This document shows, in pieces, positions 9,055 to 17,554 of a stretch of 32,000 nucleotides of DNA. Within the stretch, counting starts at the first letter, position 1; each line of letters starts with the position of its first letter. The translations under genes were made by a program, and so were the position numbers. The notes beneath the pieces are model-generated. The model did no database searches. It was not told the origin of the DNA and was given only the letters and a program-made list of their open reading frames with translations. Source of the stretch: Acaryochloris thomasi RCC1774 (lineage in GTDB: Bacteria > Cyanobacteriota > Cyanobacteriia > Thermosynechococcales > Thermosynechococcaceae); the NCBI RefSeq assembly GCF_003231495.1, contig NZ_PQWO01000004.1, positions 240,001 to 272,000 of the forward strand. The letters run 5' to 3'.

Positions 9055-9937
9055 TCGACGATACTTCCACGTCGGCCAAGATGTAAGACTTCGGATCGAT
9101 CGCCTTGTCATTCTTATAGATGGTGTAATGCAGGTGCGTGCCAGAAGACCGACCCGTACTCCCCATAAAGCCGATGATCTGTCCTCGCTTGACTTTAGCC
9201 TTCTCGGGCACGGCTAACTTCGTCATATGAGCGTAGAGACTTCTGTATCCATAGCCATGCTGGATTTCAACAGTGTTGCCAAAACCGCCAAAGTACGCGG
9301 CCCGTGAAACCACGCCATCTCCTGTTGCGTAGATGGGGGTTCCATGAGGGCCCAGAAAATCCATACCATTGTGCATCTCGCGCGCGCCCCCAAAAACACC
9401 GGGGCGAGGCCCAAATTCAGACGAGATTTCTGGGATTCCAGCCACGGGCATTCCCTGAGGTGTCGCCACAAACCGAGCTTCTTCATCTTTGAGCGTTTTT
9501 TCCAAAGCAGGTTTCACTTTGGCCTCTAGCCGTTTGGCAAGCTTCGGCAACTGCTCCCGCACAATCTGCAGTCGAGACGCAGCAGCCTCAGGGTCAGGAA
9601 TCAACGCACCACCCTTGCCACCTTGGGGTCGGAAGGTTAGATTTTGGGGCAGCCGCTCACTTCTCTGCTGCTCATTTTTTAACCCAGCCCGCTCCTGGAG
9701 CTTTTCGACTTCTGCGTCTAGATCTTCAAGCTCTTCTAAAACCTCTGCCGTGGACTCAGATAGCTCGCTGTTGTTCTTGTGTAGTGTGTAGAACGTTCTA
9801 CCCAGCCAAGCTAACGGAGAGATAATGGCGATAGAAGCCCCTAGGGCCAGCGGGAGCAATTGAACAGAAAGTTTAAGAGATTTCTTCCCCGAACGCGGGA
9901 TAACAATTGTGCAGGACCGTGATCTTTGCAAGCGCAT
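9032..9937 (-). CDS. M23 family peptidoglycan metalloendopeptidase with an N-terminal membrane anchor and coiled coil
   Basis: M23 motifs HNGMDF and GSTGRSSGTHLHYTIY. An N-terminal hydrophobic segment and a coiled coil (EELEDLDAEVEKLQ) are present. I prefer the ATG at 9937 to the TTG at 9952. The 3' end overlaps the convergent TerB-like gene by 23 nt. Confidence 0.85.
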   Translation of the reverse strand: MRLQRSRSCTIVIPRSGKKSLKLSVQLLPLALGASIAIISPLAWLGRTFYTLHKNNSELSESTAEVLEELEDLDAEVEKLQERAGLKNEQQRSERLPQNLTFRPQGGKGGALIPDPEAAASRLQIVREQLPKLAKRLEAKVKPALEKTLKDEEARFVATPQGMPVAGIPEISSEFGPRPGVFGGAREMHNGMDFLGPHGTPIYATGDGVVSRAAYFGGFGNTVEIQHGYGYRSLYAHMTKLAVPEKAKVKRGQIIGFMGSTGRSSGTHLHYTIYKNDKAIDPKSYILADVEVSSTIAQQAR

Positions 9938-10103
9938 GAACACCAGAAGCAAACTCCGTTAAGAATCATATCAAAGCCCGGGATCATTGTTAAGTTTTTA
10001 TTAACCCTCACAAAGAAAATTCTTTTCTCTTCGGGATCAATCCGACCTAAGCCGAACTCCTGTGGATAATAAGGAATGCATTAAATCAGGAGCACTAATC
10101 AGC

Positions 10104-11213
10104 ATGGATGTGAAAGCCGCTGTAGCCCATGGGGCGGGTCAACCGTTAACCATCGAGACCGTCCAATTAGAAGGACCGAAGGCCGGAGAAGTCCTGATTG
10201 AACTGAAGGCCACAGGCGTTTGCCATACGGATGCCTTTACGCTGTCTGGAGAGGATCCTGAGGGTCTGTTCCCTGCCATCTTGGGTCACGAGGGAGCAGG
10301 CGTTGTGGTTGAAGTGGGTCCCGAGGTCAAAAGCCTGAAGCCAGGGGATCACGTCATTCCGCTTTATACGCCTGAATGTCGAGCCTGTAGCTATTGTCTC
10401 AGCGGTAAAACCAACCTTTGTCAGGCGATTCGGTCCACGCAGGGCAAAGGGCTAATGCCCGATGGCAGCAGCCGATTTTCGCTCAATGGTCAGATGCTGC
10501 ACCACTATATGGGCACCTCTACTTTTGCCAACTACACCGTATTGCCTGAAATTGCTGTGGCAAAAATCAGAGAAGACGCCCCCTTCGACAAGGTGTGCCT
10601 GATTGGATGCGGTGTCACCACGGGAATCGGTGCTGTCGTTAACACCGCCAAAGTCGAACCAGGTGCAAATGTCGTCGTCTTTGGACTAGGCGGCATTGGT
10701 CTGAACGTGATCCAGGCGGCTCGTATGGTGGGTGCAGATCGAATTGTGGGCGTCGACCTCAATCCAGAGAAAAAGGCACTGGCAGAAAAAATGGGCATGA
10801 CCCACTTTGTGAACCCCAAAGAGGTCGATGGCGATCTGGTGGCTTATCTCGTGGAGCTAACCAAGGGTGGGGCCGACTATAGCTTTGAGTGCATCGGCAA
10901 CGTTGAAGTCATGCGTCAGGCCCTAGAATGTTGTCATAAGGGCTGGGGCGAAAGCATCATTATTGGGGTCGCAGGAGCGGGGCAAGAAATTAGCACCCGC
11001 CCTTTCCAATTAGTGACCGGCCGCGTCTGGAAAGGGAGCGCTTTCGGCGGGGCCAAGGGACGCACCGATGTCCCTAAAATTGTGGACTGGTACATGGACG
11101 GCAAGATTGAGATTGATCCCTTGGTGACCCACACTTTGCCTTTGAAAAAAATCAACGATGCTTTTAACCTCATGCATGCCGGAGAGTCTATTCGCAGCGT
11201 GGTGACTTTCTAA
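10104..11213 (+). CDS. adhC: S-(hydroxymethyl)glutathione dehydrogenase / class III alcohol dehydrogenase
   Basis: The sequence [68 protein letters not shown] is a hallmark of class III ADH. The GLGGIGL Rossmann motif is present. The ATG at 10104 is preceded by AGGAG at about 10086-10090 and gives the usual ~369 aa length. The track start at 10062 is a GTG. Confidence 0.9.
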   Translation: MDVKAAVAHGAGQPLTIETVQLEGPKAGEVLIELKATGVCHTDAFTLSGEDPEGLFPAILGHEGAGVVVEVGPEVKSLKPGDHVIPLYTPECRACSYCLSGKTNLCQAIRSTQGKGLMPDGSSRFSLNGQMLHHYMGTSTFANYTVLPEIAVAKIREDAPFDKVCLIGCGVTTGIGAVVNTAKVEPGANVVVFGLGGIGLNVIQAARMVGADRIVGVDLNPEKKALAEKMGMTHFVNPKEVDGDLVAYLVELTKGGADYSFECIGNVEVMRQALECCHKGWGESIIIGVAGAGQEISTRPFQLVTGRVWKGSAFGGAKGRTDVPKIVDWYMDGKIEIDPLVTHTLPLKKINDAFNLMHAGESIRSVVTF

Positions 11214-11263
11214 AAATATCGATACGGCTGATCATAAATCTACAAAAAAATGGCTGTGTTTAC

Positions 11264-11971
11264 ATGAACCGTCAGCAATGCTCTGATGAGCTTGAACTCA
11301 ACGGCTTTACCGTCGTTAGAGACTGTTTGCCTAGCACCACGGTCGCGATGCTTTTAGAGCAAATCTTACAGGTGGGGCCTTGCACCGTTGCTCGGAGCCG
11401 TGGAGGTCAACTCTATGCGGTGCGTAATTTGCTTACGGCGGTCCCCCAGATTAAGTCATTGGCTTTCAGTGAGCCTCTGCAAGGACTGGCAAGAAACCTA
11501 CTGGGTTCTCAGGCCAGGCCCGTGAAAGGAATTTTGTTTGATAAACACGAGACATCCAACTGGAAGGTGCCGTGGCATCAAGATCAGATCATCACAGTGC
11601 AAAATTATGCTGAGGCACCAGGCTTTGGTCCCTGGTCTACCAAACATGGTTTTCATGCTGTGCAGCCTCCGGTTGAGGTTCTTGAACAAATGATTGCGTT
11701 CAGGATTCACCTAGATGACTGTTCTGTAATTAATGGTGCCTTGAAGGTTATTCCAGGGAGTCATCTTCAAGGAAAGCTATCTGCTGAGCAGATTTCTCAA
11801 TATCGAAAACAAGCTGCTGTAATGTGTGAGGCCAGGATGGGTGATGTGTTGATCATGCGGCCGCTGCTTCTGCATCAATCTTCTGCAGGATCACGGCCTA
11901 GCCACCGCCGCGTCATTCATTTGGAGTACGCAGCAACAGATTTGCCAGGAGATTTGAAGTGGCCTGAGTAG
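11264..11971 (+). CDS. Phytanoyl-CoA dioxygenase (PhyH) family Fe(II)/2-oxoglutarate oxygenase
   Basis: A WHQDQ (HxD) motif, a distal His (LLLHQS) and an Arg (RRVIHLEY) are arranged as in PhyH-family proteins. Confidence 0.65.
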   Translation: MNRQQCSDELELNGFTVVRDCLPSTTVAMLLEQILQVGPCTVARSRGGQLYAVRNLLTAVPQIKSLAFSEPLQGLARNLLGSQARPVKGILFDKHETSNWKVPWHQDQIITVQNYAEAPGFGPWSTKHGFHAVQPPVEVLEQMIAFRIHLDDCSVINGALKVIPGSHLQGKLSAEQISQYRKQAAVMCEARMGDVLIMRPLLLHQSSAGSRPSHRRVIHLEYAATDLPGDLKWPE

Positions 11972-12036
11972 AAGGGGCCAGTGTTCTACGCGACCGCTGA
12001 GAGTGGTAGGGTGAATACGATTTAGTTATCCCATGG

Positions 12037-12948
12037 ATGGTGTTGATGATCGAGCACGATCGGTTGTTTAAAGAGTTAATTACCACGTTCTTCGTGGAAT
12101 TTATTGATCTGTTTTTTCCGAAGACAGCGGTTGCTATTGACTCAAAAACGATTGAGTTTCTTGATCAGGGTAAAGAAGCAGAGGCCGATCAAAACAGCAT
12201 TTTTGTGAAAACTCGCCTCAGAATGAGAGAGGCCTGCTTCTGGATCAGCATTGAGAGCCAAGGGAAATCAGATATTGACTTCAATCGCCGCATCTTCCAC
12301 AAGTACGCGCAGTTAGATGCGACCTATAATCTACCGATCTATCCGATCATCCTGTTCCCGATTGATCCGCCGCAGCGTCCTGAACCCAACTATTATCGCG
12401 TTGAATTTGTGGACCGTAAGGTCATGGATTTCAACTTTCTAACACTGCAGATGTCTCGACTTAATTGGCGAGACTTTCTTAAGCGACGTAATCCGGTGGC
12501 TGCGGCACTAATGACGACGATGAATGTCAAAATATCGGATAAGCCTGCGGTCAAAGCAGAATGCCTCCGGCTGTTGGCAACGCTGAAGCTAGATGCAGGC
12601 CGCCTTAAGGTCGTGTCGAACTTTATTGATACCTATCTCAAGCTCAGTGAAGCTGAGGAACAAGTGTTCAAGCGTGAAGTTGAACGCATGGGGCTGCTAG
12701 AACGAGAGCAGGTCATGGACTTGGTCTCTGGCGCGGGGCAGCAGCAGCAGACTCTAGAGGCAGGTGCCAAGCAAGAGGCTCTGTCGCTCGTCATCCGGTT
12801 GCTCAATCGGCGGCTCAGTGGTCTGAACCCAGAGTTAGCAGAGCGAGTGCAGCGCTTGCCCGTTAATCAGGTGGAAGACTTAGGGGAAGCCCTGCTAGAT
12901 TTCGGCAACGAAGAGGATTTGAGAAATTGGCTTGATCAGCCTCGATAG
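12037..12948 (+). CDS. Rpn-family recombination-promoting nuclease / putative transposase-like protein with a DUF4351 C-terminal domain
   Basis: The N-terminus (M)IEHDRLFKELITTFFVEFIDLFFP, the core ISIESQGKSDIDFNRRIFHKYAQL..YNLPIYPIILF and the C-terminus LSLVIRLLNRRLSGL...VQRLPVNQVEDLGEALLDF match the abundant cyanobacterial Rpn/DUF4351 family, from my memory of the family consensus. Confidence 0.7.
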   Translation: MVLMIEHDRLFKELITTFFVEFIDLFFPKTAVAIDSKTIEFLDQGKEAEADQNSIFVKTRLRMREACFWISIESQGKSDIDFNRRIFHKYAQLDATYNLPIYPIILFPIDPPQRPEPNYYRVEFVDRKVMDFNFLTLQMSRLNWRDFLKRRNPVAAALMTTMNVKISDKPAVKAECLRLLATLKLDAGRLKVVSNFIDTYLKLSEAEEQVFKREVERMGLLEREQVMDLVSGAGQQQQTLEAGAKQEALSLVIRLLNRRLSGLNPELAERVQRLPVNQVEDLGEALLDFGNEEDLRNWLDQPR

Positions 12949-12949
12949 G

Positions 12950-13765
12950 CTAAAGCTGATCAAGCATCTTGTGCGTTTGCGGTACCACACGCACCGTTTT
13001 GAGTCTCTGCTTGAGGTCCGCTTGCCACTGCAGCACTTGGGCTGGAGTTGGAGGCTGCATGATGCTCTGGGGGAGAGGGGTCACTGGCTGCAAATAGACG
13101 GGGATATTCGGACTGATTGTGGCGATAGTTTGTAGGACTTGCTGGAGGTCTTCTGGGTCTGTGTGCTGCGCGACGATCACTTTACAGAAAACATCGATGC
13201 GGGCCTGCTGACACAGTTTGAGGCACTGGGAATGCTCTCGCCAGTGGGTCTCACCGCTAACGCTGGGGAGTTTGAGATCCATTCCAATCAGATCTAGATA
13301 GGGCAATAACGTTTGCAGATCTTGAGGGCGATGCCCCCCTGTCTCTAGATAAATAGGCAGATGGATGGAGTCACGAAGTTGTGGCAGGAAGAGGCGTAAA
13401 AAATCGGCATGGAGTAGAGGTTCCCCACCCGTCAGGCTGATGCTGTCATGGAGGTTCGGCTGATTTTGCTGGGCAATCCAGGTCAGGAGCTGGGTCTGCG
13501 AGATGGGGTTCGGATAGGTCACGAAGTCCCGGAGACCAGGAGTTTGCTCAATGCGACAGGTCTCGCTGGGGTGCCAAGTATGGACGCTATCGCAAAAGCG
13601 GCAGCGCAGATCGCAGCCCCCGAAGCGGATGAAAATTTGCCTCGTGCCGACATTGACGCCTTCGCCCTGAATAGCTGAGAAGATCTCCACAAGAGCTGCT
13701 GTCGTCAATGCACTGGACGTCAATGCGTCTGGAGTGGAGATAGAAGTTGGGACCGCATTCGACAT
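12950..13765 (-). CDS. queE: 7-carboxy-7-deazaguanine synthase (radical SAM)
   Basis: EIFSAIQGEGVNVGTRQIFIRFGGCDLRCRFCDS is the QueE-type CxxxCxxC cluster region. SLTGGEPLL is also present. Confidence 0.85.
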   Translation of the reverse strand: MSNAVPTSISTPDALTSSALTTAALVEIFSAIQGEGVNVGTRQIFIRFGGCDLRCRFCDSVHTWHPSETCRIEQTPGLRDFVTYPNPISQTQLLTWIAQQNQPNLHDSISLTGGEPLLHADFLRLFLPQLRDSIHLPIYLETGGHRPQDLQTLLPYLDLIGMDLKLPSVSGETHWREHSQCLKLCQQARIDVFCKVIVAQHTDPEDLQQVLQTIATISPNIPVYLQPVTPLPQSIMQPPTPAQVLQWQADLKQRLKTVRVVPQTHKMLDQL

Positions 13766-15420
13766 TATTTCAGGGCTTCGATATAGGAGGTCATGAGCTG
13801 ATAATTGGTGGTGTCTTTTTGATCTTGAAAGTAGGCTGCGGCCTTCTGAATATCAGCGAGGGCCTGCTGCGGACGGTTGAAAAGTTCGGCTAGGAGCGTG
13901 CCTCGAAACCGATAGGAGTTGCCGTCATTGGGATCATTGCGAAGGGCTTGATTGAGCTGTACGAGCATTCCCTCGGCGTTGGGGAAGGTGGTCTGAGGAT
14001 CGTCTTGGGTTGCGTAACGTCGGGCAATGCTGGCGTCGGTAATTCTCAACATGCTTTTAGCGATTAGGTATTGAGGTAACTGGCGCTGCTGTTGGGCCAA
14101 GGCTGCGGCATCCTGAAAGTCTGAGGCGGCTCCCTGGATATCTTTAAGCTGAATGCGGACGGCGGCACGGGCTAGGTAGTGGTTGAAGGTGCCTTTCCCT
14201 TGTTGAAGCTTACTGAATACGGTAATTCCCTGCTCAATGCTTTCGGCCTGAGCGGTGTTGCCTTGAGATCGCATCAACTCCGCTGTCTTTTTCAAATCAG
14301 TCACGGCTCCCGAATAGTCTTCGAGCAGCAGTCGAAGGGTCCCTCGTAGCCCGTAGCTACCGGCAAAGTTGGGCTGCAGGCTGACGCCTTTTTCGGCATC
14401 GGCTAGTGCTTCTTGGGTTTCACCAATGCGGCTGCGAACCAAACCCCGCACCAAATAAGCTCTGAAATTTTGAGGATCTAAGCGAATAGCCTGCTCGCTG
14501 TCGGCGAGGGCAGCGGAGGCTTTTGCGAGTCGAGCTTGAGCGAACCCTCTTTGGGCATAGGCGGCGGAGTAGTCGGGGTTGAGATCGATAGCCTGGGTTA
14601 GGGTTGCGATCGCATCTTCATACTCTTCCCGATCAATCTGAGCCTGAGCCTGTAGAAAGTAGTCATCCGCTGTTGTTTGGGATGCGGTTTGCTGCGTGGG
14701 TGTGGCAAATCCTAAATTCAAACCAGTTTTAGGCGCGAGCTGCAGAAACGTGCGCGTGGGAATGCCTAGATTGAAGCCGCTCTTAATATAAATATCGGGG
14801 TTGAGACTCTGATCTTGAACCCTTTCGGTTGTGTCAGCCCGACCGTGGATGCCAATCAGCTTCCCCTGCTCGTTGAGGACCGGTCCGCCGCTCATGCCCG
14901 GTAGCGTGTTGTTGGAATAGACCAGCGCATAGCCATCCTGTAGCGCGCGTCCAGCATTGGCGGTAATTTTGCCCTCAGTGAAGTTGTAAATTGTCTCTGA
15001 GATTGCCTCCGTTCGCAGCGGAAACCCCGAGACATAGCTGAGAGAGCCTTCTGAGACCTGTCCTGAGTCGCCCAGTTCGACCACTGAATGAGTCTGATTG
15101 CTGGTGAACTGCACTAAAGCTAAATCGACTTCGGGGAGCTTCTTAATCGTGGTCGGTTGCGCACGACTGCCATCGGGGGTAATTACCTCATAATCATCGG
15201 CGGATGCCACGACGTGAGCGGCGGTTAAGACAGTGTAGGTATTGCCCTCTTGCTTGATGAGTACACCTGAGCCTGCCGTTTGACTAATAATTCTAACTGT
15301 AGTGCCCTTGGCAATTTGGCTAATGGCCCGTGAGCTGAGAGCGGTGGCTTGAGGACAGATCCACACTAAAGCTGTTGTAGTACCCAGCAAGCCTGAGAGC
15401 AGCAGACTAGATCGATTCAT
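13765..15420 (-). CDS. Secreted trypsin-like (S1) serine protease fused to C-terminal TPR repeats
   Basis: Signal peptide MNRSSLLLSGLLGTTTALVWICPQATA. TAAHVV carries the catalytic His and GMSGGPVLN the catalytic Ser. The C-terminal half consists of TPR-like repeats (AIDLNPDYSAAYAQRGFA..., AIRLDPQNFRAYLVRG...). Confidence 0.8.
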   Translation of the reverse strand: MNRSSLLLSGLLGTTTALVWICPQATALSSRAISQIAKGTTVRIISQTAGSGVLIKQEGNTYTVLTAAHVVASADDYEVITPDGSRAQPTTIKKLPEVDLALVQFTSNQTHSVVELGDSGQVSEGSLSYVSGFPLRTEAISETIYNFTEGKITANAGRALQDGYALVYSNNTLPGMSGGPVLNEQGKLIGIHGRADTTERVQDQSLNPDIYIKSGFNLGIPTRTFLQLAPKTGLNLGFATPTQQTASQTTADDYFLQAQAQIDREEYEDAIATLTQAIDLNPDYSAAYAQRGFAQARLAKASAALADSEQAIRLDPQNFRAYLVRGLVRSRIGETQEALADAEKGVSLQPNFAGSYGLRGTLRLLLEDYSGAVTDLKKTAELMRSQGNTAQAESIEQGITVFSKLQQGKGTFNHYLARAAVRIQLKDIQGAASDFQDAAALAQQQRQLPQYLIAKSMLRITDASIARRYATQDDPQTTFPNAEGMLVQLNQALRNDPNDGNSYRFRGTLLAELFNRPQQALADIQKAAAYFQDQKDTTNYQLMTSYIEALK

Positions 15421-15526
15421 TGTGATTTATAAAAAACAGGGTTCTGGAGTATCTTTTGTCGTTTAACTTCTATGATAAGCCGACACTTTCTTTGAACTGG
15501 CAAAAATAGCAAATAGATTTCAAAGT

Positions 15527-16003
15527 CTATCGACTCGATTGCCTTTTTAAGACTTCGAGATAAGACGCCATCAATTGACGATTTGTCATATCTTGCTGAG
15601 TACGGTAGAAGTTAGTCGCTTTCTGAATATCAGGGATTGCTTGCTGCTGTCGGTTGAAGACCTCTGCCAGCAACGTTCCTCGAAATCGATAGAAGGCTGC
15701 GTCATTGGGGTTACGCTGAATTTTTTGATTGAGATGATTGAGAACGGCTGGAGAGTCGGTGAAGACAGCCTGGGGATTATCTTGAGTGGCATAGCGCTGG
15801 GCAGCACTAGGTTCCGTGGCTCACAACATATATTTTTCGGTCAGATAGGGAGAAAGCTGCTTTCTCTGATGCGCCACAGAGGCCGCTGCTTGGAAATCAG
15901 CAATGGCTCCTGTCGCTTGGGAACTCAGAGCACTGGCAGAGGGGCAAACCCACACTAGGGCCACAGAAGCCCCCAAGCCACCTAATAAGTAAGATCGATT
16001 CAT
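15527..16003 (-). pseudogene. Internally deleted paralogue of the adjacent protease-TPR gene (signal peptide fused to the last ~120 aa), interrupted by one in-frame TGA
   Basis: My own translation is MNRSYLLGGLGASVALVWVCPSASALSS-QATGAIADFQAAASVAHQRKQLSPYLTEKYML*ATEPSAAQRYATQDNPQAVF...NPNDAAFYRFRGTLLAEVFNRQQQAIPDIQKATNFYRTQQDMTNRQLMASYLEVLKRQSSR*. It is colinear with residues ~1-30 and ~428-551 of the 13765..15420 product. The TGA at 15818-15820 sits where the parent has Arg (AGA). Confidence 0.6.
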
Positions 16004-16141
16004 GGCCGTTCCGAAACCCCTTAGATATCTTCACCAGTTGCCCCGCTTAACATCGTCTCGTGGAATGCGATCTCAACACAAGTGAAACGAGATTCTATTG
16101 ACCCTTTAAGATAACCAATAGTTTCTATATCGAGGGTTAGG

Positions 16142-17299
16142 GTGCTGCATTCAAAAACACTAAACTGGGCGCTCGCCATTGTGTGCTGCCTGATCTGCTG
16201 TGGCTGTAGCCTGCCTCAGGTAACGGCTGAATCCAGAATCTTTTTGAATTTAGACCTGGAATTTGTTGGCGACTACGCGCTGCCTCAGACCTCTTTCGAG
16301 GGCACGACTGTGGGCGGACTTTCAGCGTTGACCTATGACCAGAGACGCGATCTCATCTACGCGCTCAGCGACGATCGTCAGCAGCCCCGCTTTTATACCC
16401 TAGCCCTGAACATCAGCGAAGCCGATCAGATTGAAGAGATCACCGTCGAAACGGTCACAGTCCTCCAAGATGAGCAGGAGCAATCTGTTGCCCCTAAAGT
16501 ACTCGACCCCGAAGGCATTGTCCTCACGCCCCAAGACCAGCTTTGGATCTCCAGCGAAGGCGTCCAGACTCAAAGTCCACCGATTTTAGCCGCCTTTGAT
16601 TTAGCCCAAGGCAGTTGGCAAGAACAACTCAAGCTACCAAGCCATTTTTTGCCCGCGTTGGCAACAGATGAGCTAGAGACCAGCGAACCGCCAGCACCTC
16701 AGGGAATTGCGGATAATCGTGGGTTTGAAGCTTTAGCCATCAGTCCAGAGGGCGATCGCATCTTCACAGCCACGGAGCTGCCCCTGATTCAAGACGTAAA
16801 TCCCGATGACTCAGACCCTAAATTCTATAGTCGCCTGCTGCATTATCTGGTTGGCGATGTTCGCCCGCTGCTGATCTCTGAATACTTGTATCCGCTGGAG
16901 CCGCCCACCTTGGGCACGGGTCTCAATGGCCTCACGGAGCTGACCACCCTTGATAGTGGCGGTCATTTTCTGAGCTTAGAGCGCTCCTTTAGTCCTCTAT
17001 CAGGATTTAATGCAAAAGTCTTTCAGATTGCCACAGGCGGTGCCACTGATACCTCTAGCTTAGAGAAGCTTGAGCTACCGCTGCAGGGCGTGAATCCGGT
17101 CTTTAAGCAGCCACTTTTAAATCTGAGAGATCTGGGAATGACGCTCAGCAATCTAGAGGGAATGGTGAGCGGGCCTATCTTGTCTGACGGCAGCCGAAGC
17201 CTGTTATTGGTAAGTGACAATGGTTTTGAAGCAGAGCAGCCGACTCAGTTTTTACTGTTTCGTCTCAAAAAGAAGCCTCAACAGTCCACTAGTGGGTAG
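16142..17299 (+). CDS. Esterase-like activity of phytase family protein (beta-propeller), probable lipoprotein
   Basis: GTG start. The signal sequence has a Cys-rich lipobox-like end (LICCGCS). The motifs GGLSALTYD...YALSDDR, DPEGI, NRGFEALAISPEGDRIF and LSLERSF are arranged as in the phytase-like esterase family. Confidence 0.6.
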   Translation: MLHSKTLNWALAIVCCLICCGCSLPQVTAESRIFLNLDLEFVGDYALPQTSFEGTTVGGLSALTYDQRRDLIYALSDDRQQPRFYTLALNISEADQIEEITVETVTVLQDEQEQSVAPKVLDPEGIVLTPQDQLWISSEGVQTQSPPILAAFDLAQGSWQEQLKLPSHFLPALATDELETSEPPAPQGIADNRGFEALAISPEGDRIFTATELPLIQDVNPDDSDPKFYSRLLHYLVGDVRPLLISEYLYPLEPPTLGTGLNGLTELTTLDSGGHFLSLERSFSPLSGFNAKVFQIATGGATDTSSLEKLELPLQGVNPVFKQPLLNLRDLGMTLSNLEGMVSGPILSDGSRSLLLVSDNGFEAEQPTQFLLFRLKKKPQQSTSG

Positions 17300-17347
17300 G
17301 GCAAACCTCAATGCCTGGAATACCAAGACAAACAACTCAAAGCAGCA

Positions 17348-17554
17348 ATGTATGCGACCCTCCTTCAGCGACTTCATCAACTGAGTCCCTTAAGCCTTCA
17401 GCAACAGCGGCAACTGTGCCGCTGCATACAGACCGAAAAAGTCCTTGAGGGTTCTGTTGTCCTGCTAGATAGTCGTTCAGCTATCTTGGTGCCATCAGTG
17501 GTGAATGTTGATTACACTGACGAGGCTGACCTGCTCATAAATGGCATCTTATGA
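17348..17554 (+). CDS. Hypothetical small protein (68 aa) whose stop overlaps the MFS start (ATGA)
   Basis: This is an ORF only. The ATGA overlap lies at 17551-17554. I recognise no family. Confidence 0.3.
   Translation: MYATLLQRLHQLSPLSLQQQRQLCRCIQTEKVLEGSVVLLDSRSAILVPSVVNVDYTDEADLLINGIL

Noticed and set aside
12950-13765. queE as a possible marker of a 7-deazaguanine DNA-modification (Dpd-like) defence system next to a nuclease-like gene
   Set aside because: No dpdA/tgt-like, queC, queD or folE genes are nearby. A solitary queE is the normal housekeeping queuosine gene.
15575-15958. 127-aa plus-strand ORF and 73-aa minus-strand ORF (15586..15807) in the track
   Set aside because: Both are antisense to or out of frame with the region that aligns colinearly, in a different frame, to the protease-TPR C-terminus. 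The paralogue-remnant interpretation explains the sequence better.
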